The translations under genes and the position numbers were made by a program. This document shows positions 10,301-19,337 of a DNA stretch of 64,000 bases, in pieces. The first letter of the stretch is position 1. Each line of letters opens with the position of its first letter. The stretch spans positions 23,479 to 87,478 of the forward strand of contig CBDCUI010000007.1 in assembly GCA_965222615.1 (NCBI GenBank), read 5' to 3'. Origin of the DNA: Gammaproteobacteria bacterium. GTDB taxonomy: Bacteria; Pseudomonadota; Gammaproteobacteria; UBA4575. The notes beneath the pieces are model-generated. The model saw nothing but the letters and a program-made list of their open reading frames with translations. It ran no database searches and was not told the origin of the DNA.

Positions 10301-10360
10301 CTTTATTAATCTCCATTTAGTTGCAATTCAAAGTGCATGTAGACATATATAAGCAACAAC

Positions 10361-13237
10361 TCAGTGTAACAGACTTGTCCAATAATTTTGTACGGCCAGG
10401 CGTTCATTTGCAAATACACTCATTTCTACTGTCTCTGTATGCATTTGTAAACTCATTTGATGTAAGTGCTTGCGATATTGGAGATAAATTTTCTTAAGCT
10501 CTTCAGCCGTTTTCGCCTCGATGAGCTTGACCTGGCTACAAGCATCTAAAATTCTAACATTGTCGGTGTACGTACAAATTTCATTATATTTATTAGCGTA
10601 ACTTAATACGTAAAATTGTACGATAAATTCAATATCTACAATTCCACCTTTATCTTTTTTAATATCGAACTTGGTTTTGTCTTTACTGCCATGCTCTAAC
10701 GATATTTTTTCACGCATTTCCACAATGGAATCTCGCACTTTACTTATCTCCCTTGATTGACAAAGCACATTCTGACGAATACGTCCAAATTCATTCAAAA
10801 GCTTTGGGCTATTGGTGACAGGTCGTGCACGTATTAATGCTTGATGCTCCCATAACCAGGCATCGTTTTTTAAATATTTCTCGTAGGAACCAACGGCACT
10901 GACAATAGGACCAGATTCGCCATAGGGGCGAAGCCTGACATCCACATCAAATACTTTCCCAGTAGAAGTAACCGTAGATAAAATATGTATTGTGCGTTGC
11001 ACTAATCGCGTAAAAAATATTTCATTGCTTAATTTTTTTTCGCCATTTGTCTCACAGCTGCTACCCACACTATCATGTAAAAATACTAGATCTAAATCGG
11101 AGCCATAGCCCAACTCCAACCCACCCAACTTTCCATATTCGATTATCAGTATTTCGGGCTTAAAAATTTCTCCATCTTTTTCACAAGCTGGTTCTCCATG
11201 CTTATCAACCAAATCTTGATAAGCTTGTTTAACTGCACTTTCTATGCATACCTCAGCTAACCAAGACAAATGATCACTAACTCTCATTATTGGGAAAGCT
11301 TCAACAATATCTGCTGCCGCTATTTGCAAAACTTGAGCATGCTTAAATTCACGTAAACTCTCCATGTATTTTTCCAAATCGTTACATGAGTTCTGAATTG
11401 CAATTTTAAGTTGCTGTCGCATTTCTTCTAAACTTGGAGGTTCATAAGAACTTTCCATGCGCAAAAGCTCATCTAATAACAAAGGATGTGTTGCTATGTA
11501 TTCTGCAATCCAAGGACTGGCTTCGATCAAATTGAATAACTTTGACAGCTTGGATTGATTCTCCGTCAATAAAGAAACATATGTGGAACGCTGTACAATT
11601 TTATTAAGAATTTTTAAAAACCGTCCTAAAACTAAAGCCGGGCTTTCTAAAACAGTTGCTTGTTGAAGCATGATCGGAATGAATTGATCAAGTCTTTGTC
11701 TTGCAACTGGAACAAGTTGTTTTACTATTCCATTTAGGGAAAATGAATGTAGCAACTGATAAATTTCCTCAAAATCACCTGTGAACTTTTTCTTTAAAAT
11801 TTCCATGCTGTACTCTTGATCTTGAATCCGCTGCCACAAGTTCACAAAATCTTCACCATCTAAACTATCGTTCTCAGAATTGTCTTCTTGCAGAAGTGTT
11901 TGAAACTCTTTATTTACATTTAACGCATGACATTGGTACTCAGCATAAAAATCATCCCATGTAGCAAACCCCATTAAGTGTGCATAGAGATTTTTTTCTT
12001 CTTCATCTTTTGGTAAGGCATGAGTTTGTTGATCTTGTCGAATTTGTAGTCCATTCTCTGCTTTTCTTAAAAATAAATATGCTTTTGTCAAAAGAGTAAT
12101 AGTTTCACCTGATAATAAATTTGACTCACCTAAAACCTTGAGGGACCTTAAAGTACTTTTATTTTGCAAACGCGCATCTCTGCCCCCATAAATAAGTTGA
12201 AACATTTGTACAATAAATTCTATTTCACGTATTCCACCAAATCCAATTTTTAAATTTTCTTCAGATAGGTTTTGGCCCGCCTTTTGATCAACAAGTACTT
12301 TCATCTCCCGCAAAGACTGTGTAGCGCCATAATCAAAGTAACGACGATAAACAAATGGGGTTACCTCTTTTAAGAATTGCTCGCCAATTTTTTTATTACC
12401 TGCGACAGAACTTGCTTTGATCCAAGCATAACGTTCCCAGTCACGCCCATGAGTTTGAAAATATTGGTCTATAGCTGACAAACTTGGCAATAAAGTGCCT
12501 GAATTACCAAACGGCCTCAGTCTAGTATCGACACGAAAAACAAATCCATCTTCAGTTTGTTCAGCGAGTACTTTTATCAACAATTGTACTAGTTTTAAAT
12601 AAATACCAACTGCTTTGGTATTTTGGTCTTGTGAATAATTAGGATCATCGTGATAAGCAAATACTAAATCAACATCTGAAGAAAAATTGAGCTCACAACC
12701 ACCGAGTTTACCCAATGCAAAGACAACTACATTTTGCGGTAGTGATTGCTCAAACTCACTTAAACGTGGTTGTGACTTTAATCTTGCAAAACACCAACCC
12801 AGTGTTCGATCTATAGCGATTTCGGCAAAATTACTAAGCTCTTTTAATGTTTGCTCAACTGTTGAGTAGCCCTTTATCGCTCGCCATGCAATTCGCGCAA
12901 ACTCCGCAACCCTTAGTCTTCTCAATATGCGCTGACAATCTTCAATGTTGTGTGCCTTAGCAATTTCTGCATCGATTTTCTGGCTATAGATCTCCGCTTG
13001 ATAATCAACATACAGATCGTTGTTGAGTAACAGATTTTGTAACCATGTGGGTTGTGATACACACACACGTTTAACAAATGGACTGGCATACCAAATCTCG
13101 AAAATTTCGTCCCGATGTGCAATCAAGCCTTGATCCTGGTTTAGGCAAGCAAGGATTTCCTCAAATTCTTGCCTAAATAGAGGTAGTACCTGCTCGGGTA
13201 ACGCCATTTGCATAGAGTCAAAATGCCTTAAAACCAA
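10361..13237 (-). CDS. glnE: Bifunctional glutamine synthetase adenylyltransferase / adenylyl-removing enzyme
   Basis: 958 aa with two nucleotidyltransferase repeats (GKLGGCELNFSSDVDLVF and GKLGGLELGYGSDLDLVF). The start is uncertain within the first 10 codons. Confidence 0.93.
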   Translation of the reverse strand: MVLRHFDSMQMALPEQVLPLFRQEFEEILACLNQDQGLIAHRDEIFEIWYASPFVKRVCVSQPTWLQNLLLNNDLYVDYQAEIYSQKIDAEIAKAHNIEDCQRILRRLRVAEFARIAWRAIKGYSTVEQTLKELSNFAEIAIDRTLGWCFARLKSQPRLSEFEQSLPQNVVVFALGKLGGCELNFSSDVDLVFAYHDDPNYSQDQNTKAVGIYLKLVQLLIKVLAEQTEDGFVFRVDTRLRPFGNSGTLLPSLSAIDQYFQTHGRDWERYAWIKASSVAGNKKIGEQFLKEVTPFVYRRYFDYGATQSLREMKVLVDQKAGQNLSEENLKIGFGGIREIEFIVQMFQLIYGGRDARLQNKSTLRSLKVLGESNLLSGETITLLTKAYLFLRKAENGLQIRQDQQTHALPKDEEEKNLYAHLMGFATWDDFYAEYQCHALNVNKEFQTLLQEDNSENDSLDGEDFVNLWQRIQDQEYSMEILKKKFTGDFEEIYQLLHSFSLNGIVKQLVPVARQRLDQFIPIMLQQATVLESPALVLGRFLKILNKIVQRSTYVSLLTENQSKLSKLFNLIEASPWIAEYIATHPLLLDELLRMESSYEPPSLEEMRQQLKIAIQNSCNDLEKYMESLREFKHAQVLQIAAADIVEAFPIMRVSDHLSWLAEVCIESAVKQAYQDLVDKHGEPACEKDGEIFKPEILIIEYGKLGGLELGYGSDLDLVFLHDSVGSSCETNGEKKLSNEIFFTRLVQRTIHILSTVTSTGKVFDVDVRLRPYGESGPIVSAVGSYEKYLKNDAWLWEHQALIRARPVTNSPKLLNEFGRIRQNVLCQSREISKVRDSIVEMREKISLEHGSKDKTKFDIKKDKGGIVDIEFIVQFYVLSYANKYNEICTYTDNVRILDACSQVKLIEAKTAEELKKIYLQYRKHLHQMSLQMHTETVEMSVFANERLAVQNYWTSLLH

Positions 13238-13291
13238 TTAGTTAATTCACCGATATTGTAACTGACCTAGGTCAACAAGATGCTATAAATG

Positions 13292-13310
13292 CTAATGAGA
13301 ATTGCTATCA
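13292..13310. promoter_or_regulatory. Candidate Fur box upstream of the iron ABC transporter operon
   Basis: gctaatgagaattgctatc matches the 19-bp Fur consensus GATAATGATAATCATTATC at 14/19 positions by hand alignment. It lies 51 nt upstream of the GTG start at 13361. Confidence 0.45.
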
Positions 13311-13360
13311 TTTATATTATAATCTAGCTTTATGATCTTTTAAGTCTGGAGGATAGACGT

Positions 13361-14389
13361 GTGAAACTTTACCCTAGTATTCCGTTACGCTGTGCATACA
13401 TGGCCTTTTTATACTTGATATGTGCCATCGTCAGTGCCGCAGAAGTCAACGTCTACTCTGCTAGAAAAGAAGACTTAATAAAACCATTGTTGACGCAGTT
13501 TGAAACCAGCACAGGTATCAAAGTAAACCTAATTACTGGTAAAGCCGACGCCCTACTGCAACGCATTATCAGCGAAGGTAAAAATAGCCCTGCTGATATT
13601 TTAATCACTACGGATGCTGGCCGCTTGTATCGTGCCCAACAAGCAAATGTATTACAAGCCATTCAATCCGAAATTCTTGAAACTACAATTCCTAAACAAT
13701 ATCGTGAACCACAAGGCTATTGGTTTGGGTTGTCGCTCAGAGCACGCCCCATTGTGTATGCTATAGATCGAATTAAACCAGAGCAACTCTCAACCTATGA
13801 AGCACTCACCGATTCACAATGGAAAAATAAAATTTGTATTCGTTCCTCAGACAATATCTATAACCAATCTCTAGTTGCCTCATTACTTGCGCATCATGGC
13901 GAGGAAAAAGCTCTTAATTGGGCAACAACGTTCGTAACTAATTTTGCACGTCCTCCTCAAGGTGGAGACCGTGATCAAATTAAGGCCGTTGCGGCCGGTC
14001 AATGTGATATCGCAATTGTAAACAATTACTATCTAGGAAAAATGCTCACATCAAGCGATGCGTCAGAACATGAAGCTGCTAAACAAGTAAAGCTCTTTTG
14101 GCCAAATCAAGATGATCGAGGAACACATGTAAATATTAGCGGTGGTGCTGTTACAACTGCGGCAAAAAATAAAGATTCGGCAATTAAATTATTAGAATTT
14201 TTAGCCAGCGATTCTGCACAACAGTGGTATGCAGATACTAATCTTGAATATCCAATTAAGCCTGGGATTCAACCCAGTGAAATTTTAAAATCATGGGGAG
14301 AATTTAAGGCCGATACCCTAAGCTTACATCGCTTAGGTGAACTCAATGCTGAAGCTGTGATGATAATGGATCATGCGGCATGGAAATGA
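13361..14389 (+). CDS. Fe(3+) ABC transporter periplasmic substrate-binding protein (FbpA/AfuA-like)
   Basis: GTG start preceded by GGAGG (13349-13353), plus a signal peptide. VNVYSARKEDLIKPLL...ADILITTDAGRLY is typical of ferric-iron-binding proteins. Confidence 0.85.
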   Translation: MKLYPSIPLRCAYMAFLYLICAIVSAAEVNVYSARKEDLIKPLLTQFETSTGIKVNLITGKADALLQRIISEGKNSPADILITTDAGRLYRAQQANVLQAIQSEILETTIPKQYREPQGYWFGLSLRARPIVYAIDRIKPEQLSTYEALTDSQWKNKICIRSSDNIYNQSLVASLLAHHGEEKALNWATTFVTNFARPPQGGDRDQIKAVAAGQCDIAIVNNYYLGKMLTSSDASEHEAAKQVKLFWPNQDDRGTHVNISGGAVTTAAKNKDSAIKLLEFLASDSAQQWYADTNLEYPIKPGIQPSEILKSWGEFKADTLSLHRLGELNAEAVMIMDHAAWK

Positions 14390-14407
14390 TATTGAGAACT
14401 GATAAAG

Positions 14408-16099
14408 ATGAGCAGCAAAAGCGCCACGCTTATTGAGTCGCCTAATAAATATTTTATTTGGTTACAAAAAACAGATACTGGTTGGCTAGTATGTACATTA
14501 CTGCTAGCCCTTTTACTCAGTATCCCCGTTATTTCAGTATTGTCTTCCATGTTGCTGCCGACTAGCGAGGTTTGGCAACATTTAAAATCAACGGTACTTT
14601 CAAATTATATTTTTAATTCACTACTGTTAGTAGTTGGGGTAAGTATTGGTACACTGGTAATAGGAGTATCCACTGCATGGCTATGCAGTGTATTCGAGTT
14701 TACTGGACGTAAAATTTTAAGCTGGGCACTTTTGCTTCCATTAGCATTCCCACCTTACATCATTGCCTATACTTATACCGGCATGCTTGATTTTAGCGGA
14801 CCGCTACAAACCTATCTTAGAAATACATTTGCCTGGCAATATGGAGATTATTGGTTCCCCCAGGTACGTTCCTTAAGTGGCGCTATATTGATGTTATCTT
14901 TAGTGCTGTATCCCTATGTTTACTTGCTGACACGTAACGCTTTTTCCGAACAATCTGCAAGTTTTCGCGAAGCTAGCCATTCACTTGGCGTAAGCCTAGG
15001 AAAAACTTTTTTATCCATTGCAATTCCGTTGGCGCGCCCCACTATTGTTGCAGGACTAACACTTGTAACGATGGAAACCCTTGCGGACTACGGAACCGTA
15101 CAATATTTTGGCATTCCTACATTCACTACCGGTATATTTCGAACTTGGTTTGGGCTTGGCGATCGAATTGCAGCAACACAATTAGCTAGTATTTTATTAT
15201 TATGCGTATTTGCAGTCATTCTGATTGAGCGTTATTCGCGTAAATCGGCCAAATACCAACATCTAAATCATTCAAATAAAACTTGGAGATATCCTTTATC
15301 TGGCACGAAATCATTGCTCGCTTTAGTATTTTGTAGCGCTCCAATCATATTTGGATTTATCATCCCTGCAATTCAGTTAAGTGTGTGGAGTATTCAAACA
15401 GCGCCAAATATCATTGATAGCTCTTTCTTCACACTAATTTTTAACACTATTCTATTGGCGATAATCGTTGCATTGATTGTAATTATGGCCGCTGCTTTTC
15501 TCGCATATGGGAAACGCGTAAGCACTCATTATTTAATACCTTATACTGTAAACATCAGCGCCATGGGTTATGCAGTACCTGGAATTATTATTGCAGTTGG
15601 CGTGTTACTACCCTTTGCTTGGTTAGATAATACAATCGATGCCTGGTTGCAAAATAATTTTGGGATTTCTAGTGGTTTACTTTTTACCGGAACATTAGCC
15701 GCATTAGTCTTTGCTCATGTAGTGCGTTTTTTGGCCATTGGACTTAACTCAGTAGAAGCTAGCCTGACTAAAATTCACCGCAACATTGATGATGCGGCCC
15801 AATTACTAGGCCAAGGGACGTTTGACCGATTTAGAAACATCCATTTGCCGCTAATTTATACTGGCATACTCACCGCTGGACTATTTGTTTTTGTTGAAGT
15901 GATAAAAGAATTACCTGCCACACTTGTATTACGACCTTTTAATTTTAATACCCTCGCTGTGCGTACTTATGAACTCGCCTCTGATGAACGTTTAGCAGAT
16001 TCTGCCTGTAGTGCGCTGTTTATCGTAGCAGTAGGTATTCTTCCAATACTGATTTTAAATCGCTCTATCAGTAATCGTGGAGATCGATATGGCACTTAG
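14408..16099 (+). CDS. Iron ABC transporter permease (fused double-domain FbpB type)
   Basis: 563 aa and about 12 TM, with two internally repeated permease halves each carrying an EAA-like loop (EASHSLGVS... and DAAQLLGQG...). Confidence 0.85.
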   Translation: MSSKSATLIESPNKYFIWLQKTDTGWLVCTLLLALLLSIPVISVLSSMLLPTSEVWQHLKSTVLSNYIFNSLLLVVGVSIGTLVIGVSTAWLCSVFEFTGRKILSWALLLPLAFPPYIIAYTYTGMLDFSGPLQTYLRNTFAWQYGDYWFPQVRSLSGAILMLSLVLYPYVYLLTRNAFSEQSASFREASHSLGVSLGKTFLSIAIPLARPTIVAGLTLVTMETLADYGTVQYFGIPTFTTGIFRTWFGLGDRIAATQLASILLLCVFAVILIERYSRKSAKYQHLNHSNKTWRYPLSGTKSLLALVFCSAPIIFGFIIPAIQLSVWSIQTAPNIIDSSFFTLIFNTILLAIIVALIVIMAAAFLAYGKRVSTHYLIPYTVNISAMGYAVPGIIIAVGVLLPFAWLDNTIDAWLQNNFGISSGLLFTGTLAALVFAHVVRFLAIGLNSVEASLTKIHRNIDDAAQLLGQGTFDRFRNIHLPLIYTGILTAGLFVFVEVIKELPATLVLRPFNFNTLAVRTYELASDERLADSACSALFIVAVGILPILILNRSISNRGDRYGT

Positions 16100-17138
16100 G
16101 TTGGATGTGAGAAATGTAAGTGTGGCGCTACAAAACAAAGAAATTGTAAAAAACGTCTCCTTGCAGTTAGAACCTGGTCAAATTACCTCAATTTTAGGCC
16201 CTAGCGGGTGCGGCAAAACCACCCTATTACGTGCTCTAGCTGGCTTTCAGTCAATATCTAATGGCGAAATCTTTGTACATGAAAAATTATTAAATAACAG
16301 CACATATAAACTAGTACCAGAAAAACGCAATATAGGAATGATGTTTCAAGACCTTGCGCTGTTTCCTCACTTAACTGTAGAACAAAATATTCGTTTTGGT
16401 CTTAAGTCTTTAACCAAGCAAGAACAAATTGCAAGAATTCAACACGTTATTGAACTCACAGATCTAAACAAACAAGAACATAAATACCCACATCAACTAT
16501 CAGGCGGCCAACAACAACGTGTGGCTTTAGCACGTGCATTAGCTCCCAAACCTGAAATTCTGCTGCTTGATGAACCATTTTCTAGCTTAGACCCTGATTT
16601 GCGTGAACAGGTCGCTACCGAAGTACGCAAAATTCTTAAACATGAAAATGTCACTGCAATACTGGTTACACACGACCAACATGAGGCCTTTGCTTTGGCA
16701 GATGATATTGGAGTCATGGTAGATGGGAAAATCGCGCAATGGGATAGTGCTTACAATATTTACCATAAACCAAAAACGAGATTCGTTGCAGATTTCGTTG
16801 GACTCGGGACGATGATACCTGCCAAAGTTATCGATGCATCAACTGTAGAAACCGAATTTGGTCAAGTGAATGGAGTCATAAATTCAGATTTTAAGACTGG
16901 GGAAGAAGTGGATTTATTAGTACGACCCGATGATATTCCACATGATGACAGTAGCCCCATTACCGCATTGGTGGAAGAGAAGCGTTTTCGAGGAGCTGAG
17001 TTTCTCTATAAGTTGCGCTTGCGAAGTGGCAACTTTGTACAGTGTTATGCACCGAGCCACCATAACCACCAGTTAGGGGAACCGATTGGCATAAAGCTCG
17101 ATTTAGAGCATTTGGTCATATTTCCCAAAAACAGATAG
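16089..17138 (+). CDS. Iron ABC transporter ATP-binding protein (FbpC-like)
   Basis: Motifs: Walker A GPSGCGKTT, signature LSGGQQQRVALARAL, Walker B LLLDEPFSSLD. The ATG at 16089 has GGAG 6 nt upstream and is preferred over the GTG at 16077. Confidence 0.9.
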   Translation: MALRLDVRNVSVALQNKEIVKNVSLQLEPGQITSILGPSGCGKTTLLRALAGFQSISNGEIFVHEKLLNNSTYKLVPEKRNIGMMFQDLALFPHLTVEQNIRFGLKSLTKQEQIARIQHVIELTDLNKQEHKYPHQLSGGQQQRVALARALAPKPEILLLDEPFSSLDPDLREQVATEVRKILKHENVTAILVTHDQHEAFALADDIGVMVDGKIAQWDSAYNIYHKPKTRFVADFVGLGTMIPAKVIDASTVETEFGQVNGVINSDFKTGEEVDLLVRPDDIPHDDSSPITALVEEKRFRGAEFLYKLRLRSGNFVQCYAPSHHNHQLGEPIGIKLDLEHLVIFPKNR

Positions 17139-17523
17139 ATATCAAAGATTAAATTTAGACCACTTGGCCAATTCCCTAAAAGCCAATCGAAAAAGCTGAA
17201 TTGAGAAACAGAAAATAGCTTAATTCGGGATAAGATCGTGGGGTATACCCAAAATCCCGCTACAGGGCTGCATAGCATGAGCTCAAAGCGAGAATCCAAA
17301 ATTAGACTTGACCTTCATGACATAAACCCCAACAATATTAAGGTAGGATATCGACAATCTTTGGTGATTCCAGGGATTGTGGTGATACATGGATGCATCA
17401 CCCACACATATGAGTAAGTTCATATGTGTAGTGAGAAAAAAGAAAATTCAATTTTCTTTTTTTTGTCTTTGAAAAAGTCAGGACGGCTTTTTTCAGGGTA
17501 TTTCTAAACTAGAGGAGCCAAGC

Positions 17524-17895
17524 ATGAGAATTAGTAAAGCCTTAGTCTATGTATTAATGCTGTCTTTTACATTTATGCAAACCGCACCCGCCATTGCGGG
17601 GATCGTAGGCACAGACAGATTTTTATCCGAACAATCCATTCAACAAGATCGTGAAAATCTTCGTTCTTTGATGACACGGGATGAAGTGCGTTCACTATTA
17701 CAACAAAACGGTCTTACTGTTGAACAAGCGCAGCAACGTGTTGATTCGTTAACCGATTCAGAAGTGCGACAACTGGCTCAGAAATTTGAAGAACTACCTG
17801 CAGCTGGCGATGCGGCAGTGGTTATTTTAGTTATTGCTTTAGTCGTAATAATTCTAGAGCTGGCAGGAATCACAGATATCTTTACTGGTATTTAA
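17524..17895 (+). CDS. PA2779-like small exported protein, copy 1 (signal peptide + helical domain + C-terminal TM anchor)
   Basis: 123 aa with an RBS AGAGGAG upstream. The signal peptide ends AIA|GIVGT. Conserved core LTVEQAQQRVDSLTDSEVRQLAQKF, then PAAGD, a hydrophobic helix and a terminal ILELAGITDIFTGI. The family name is from memory. Confidence 0.75.
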   Translation: MRISKALVYVLMLSFTFMQTAPAIAGIVGTDRFLSEQSIQQDRENLRSLMTRDEVRSLLQQNGLTVEQAQQRVDSLTDSEVRQLAQKFEELPAAGDAAVVILVIALVVIILELAGITDIFTGI

Positions 17896-17896
17896 A

Positions 17897-18280
17897 GTGT
17901 CTTGTAAATTAATGCTGGGAAAACATTTATTACTGTGTTTACTATCGGTTTCGCTTGCCTTTTTACAGATATCCCCTGCTTACGCGGGCATTGTCGGCAC
18001 TGAAAAATCATTTGCCGAATATTCAGCGCAACATGATCGTCAAGTTTTACGCGACCTTATGGCACGCGATGAGGCACGTGAATTACTAGCCACTAATGGC
18101 TTAACTGTCGAACAAGCTCAACAAAGAGTAAATGCATTAACGGACAGTGAAGCACGTCAACTTGCAGAAAAATTCGATGAACAGCCAGCTGGTGGAATTT
18201 TGGTAGCCTTGCTGATTATTTTCCTCGTATTTATAATTCTAGAAATGGCAGGAGTAACCGACGTATTTACTGGAATTTGA
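17897..18280 (+). CDS. PA2779-like small exported protein, copy 2 (tandem paralog)
   Basis: 127 aa, GTG start 1 nt after the copy-1 stop (alternative ATG at 17912). It has the same architecture as copy 1 and is about two-thirds identical by eye: AYA|GIVGT, LTVEQAQQRVNALTDSEARQLAEKF, PAGG, TM helix, ILEMAGVTDVFTGI. Confidence 0.75.
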   Translation: MSCKLMLGKHLLLCLLSVSLAFLQISPAYAGIVGTEKSFAEYSAQHDRQVLRDLMARDEARELLATNGLTVEQAQQRVNALTDSEARQLAEKFDEQPAGGILVALLIIFLVFIILEMAGVTDVFTGI

Positions 18281-19290
18281 TTTTAACTAAGAAACTTACT
18301 TGTTTAGCAAATGCCCGCACTTGTGCGGGCATTTTTTTCTTTTGGCTTATACTTTTTGCCTGTGCAACCCCGCAAACCAAGCAATTAATGCTACAAAAAC
18401 CACAAGATCTACCTGATCAAGCATTAATTTCCGAGGTTCCTTTTTACCCACAAGAACAATTTCATTGTGGACCCGCCACTTTAGCGATGGCAATGAATTT
18501 TTATGGCGACACCTTATCTGCTGAAGAAATTGCTAAAGACGTGTTTACTCCTAACTTGAAAGGCAGCCTTCAAGTTGAAATGAAAGCAGCAGTTCGCAAA
18601 CGCGGTATGTTGGCTTATGAACTAACACCAGAACTAGTGTATCTGCTCGCCGAAGTATCTGTAGGACATCCAGTTATAGTTTTGCAGAATCTGTCTATAA
18701 AATGGTATCCAATTTGGCATTACGCTCTTGTAATTGGCTACAATTTAAAGCGAAATACTTTAATTTTACACACCGGGAAAAATTCTAACTATGAAGTTGC
18801 GATAGGTACATTCGAACTGACCTGGCAACGAGCAAACAATTGGGCATTAGTCATACTACCCAGTGATACTTTACCTAACGATCGCAATCTTATAAATGTA
18901 TTACAAGCCGCTGTTGATCTGGAAGAAGTGGGACAAATTGAACATGCGAATCGTGCCTATCAAGCAATAATTAAACGATGGCCAGAAAGTTTCGTCGCCT
19001 TAATGGGTGTAGCGAATACCCACCTACTCTTAAAACAACCAGAACAAGCAACGAAAAGTTACCTACGTGCAGCGGAGCTGAAACCTAATGAATCCGATAT
19101 CTACAATAACCTTGCTTACAGTCTACTTGCGCAATCCTGTTACAACGCGGCACTCAACTCAGTGCGCTGTGCCATTGCTCTACAGCCGAGCAATCTCGAA
19201 TACCAAAGTTCACTCAAAGAGATCACCGCTTTCGATGACAAGAATGATGAAAAAAATTGCCCCATCTTCAAATGTTCAAAACAAAAGTAA
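18277..19290 (+). CDS. PA2778-like C39-type cysteine peptidase with C-terminal TPR repeats, predicted lipoprotein
   Basis: The TTG start overlaps the upstream stop (aTTTGA). Lipobox LFAC (Cys29), nucleophile motif QFHCGPATLAMAMNFYG (Cys64), and a His candidate in IWHYALVIGY. The C-terminal half is TPR-like (YNNLAYSLLAQSCYNAAL...). Confidence 0.75.
   Translation: MILTKKLTCLANARTCAGIFFFWLILFACATPQTKQLMLQKPQDLPDQALISEVPFYPQEQFHCGPATLAMAMNFYGDTLSAEEIAKDVFTPNLKGSLQVEMKAAVRKRGMLAYELTPELVYLLAEVSVGHPVIVLQNLSIKWYPIWHYALVIGYNLKRNTLILHTGKNSNYEVAIGTFELTWQRANNWALVILPSDTLPNDRNLINVLQAAVDLEEVGQIEHANRAYQAIIKRWPESFVALMGVANTHLLLKQPEQATKSYLRAAELKPNESDIYNNLAYSLLAQSCYNAALNSVRCAIALQPSNLEYQSSLKEITAFDDKNDEKNCPIFKCSKQK
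18311..18338 (+). terminator. Intrinsic-terminator-like hairpin embedded in the 5' end of the peptidase gene (candidate attenuator)
   Basis: atgcccgc-acttgt-gcgggcat forms an 8-bp GC-rich stem and is followed by a T7 run. It lies inside codons 12-21 of the ORF starting at 18277. Confidence 0.5.
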
Positions 19291-19337
19291 TCACTTTAGG
19301 CTGACAGCATAATCAGAATCCATCTAAACTAGGCAGT

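Noticed and set aside
17045-17299. An 84-aa minus-strand ORF overlapping the 3' end of the iron-transporter ATPase gene.
   Set aside because: It overlaps a confident CDS, its composition is hydrophobic and Trp-rich, it has no RBS and belongs to no recognisable family.
17277-17417. A 46-codon ORF (MSSKRESKIRLDLHDINPNNIKVGYRQSLVIPGIVVIHGCITHTYE) in the long intergenic region upstream of the PA2779-like operon.
   Set aside because: It has no Shine-Dalgarno sequence and no recognisable family, and its 3' end overlaps the palindrome cluster. I mention it under the structured-region finding but do not annotate it as a gene.
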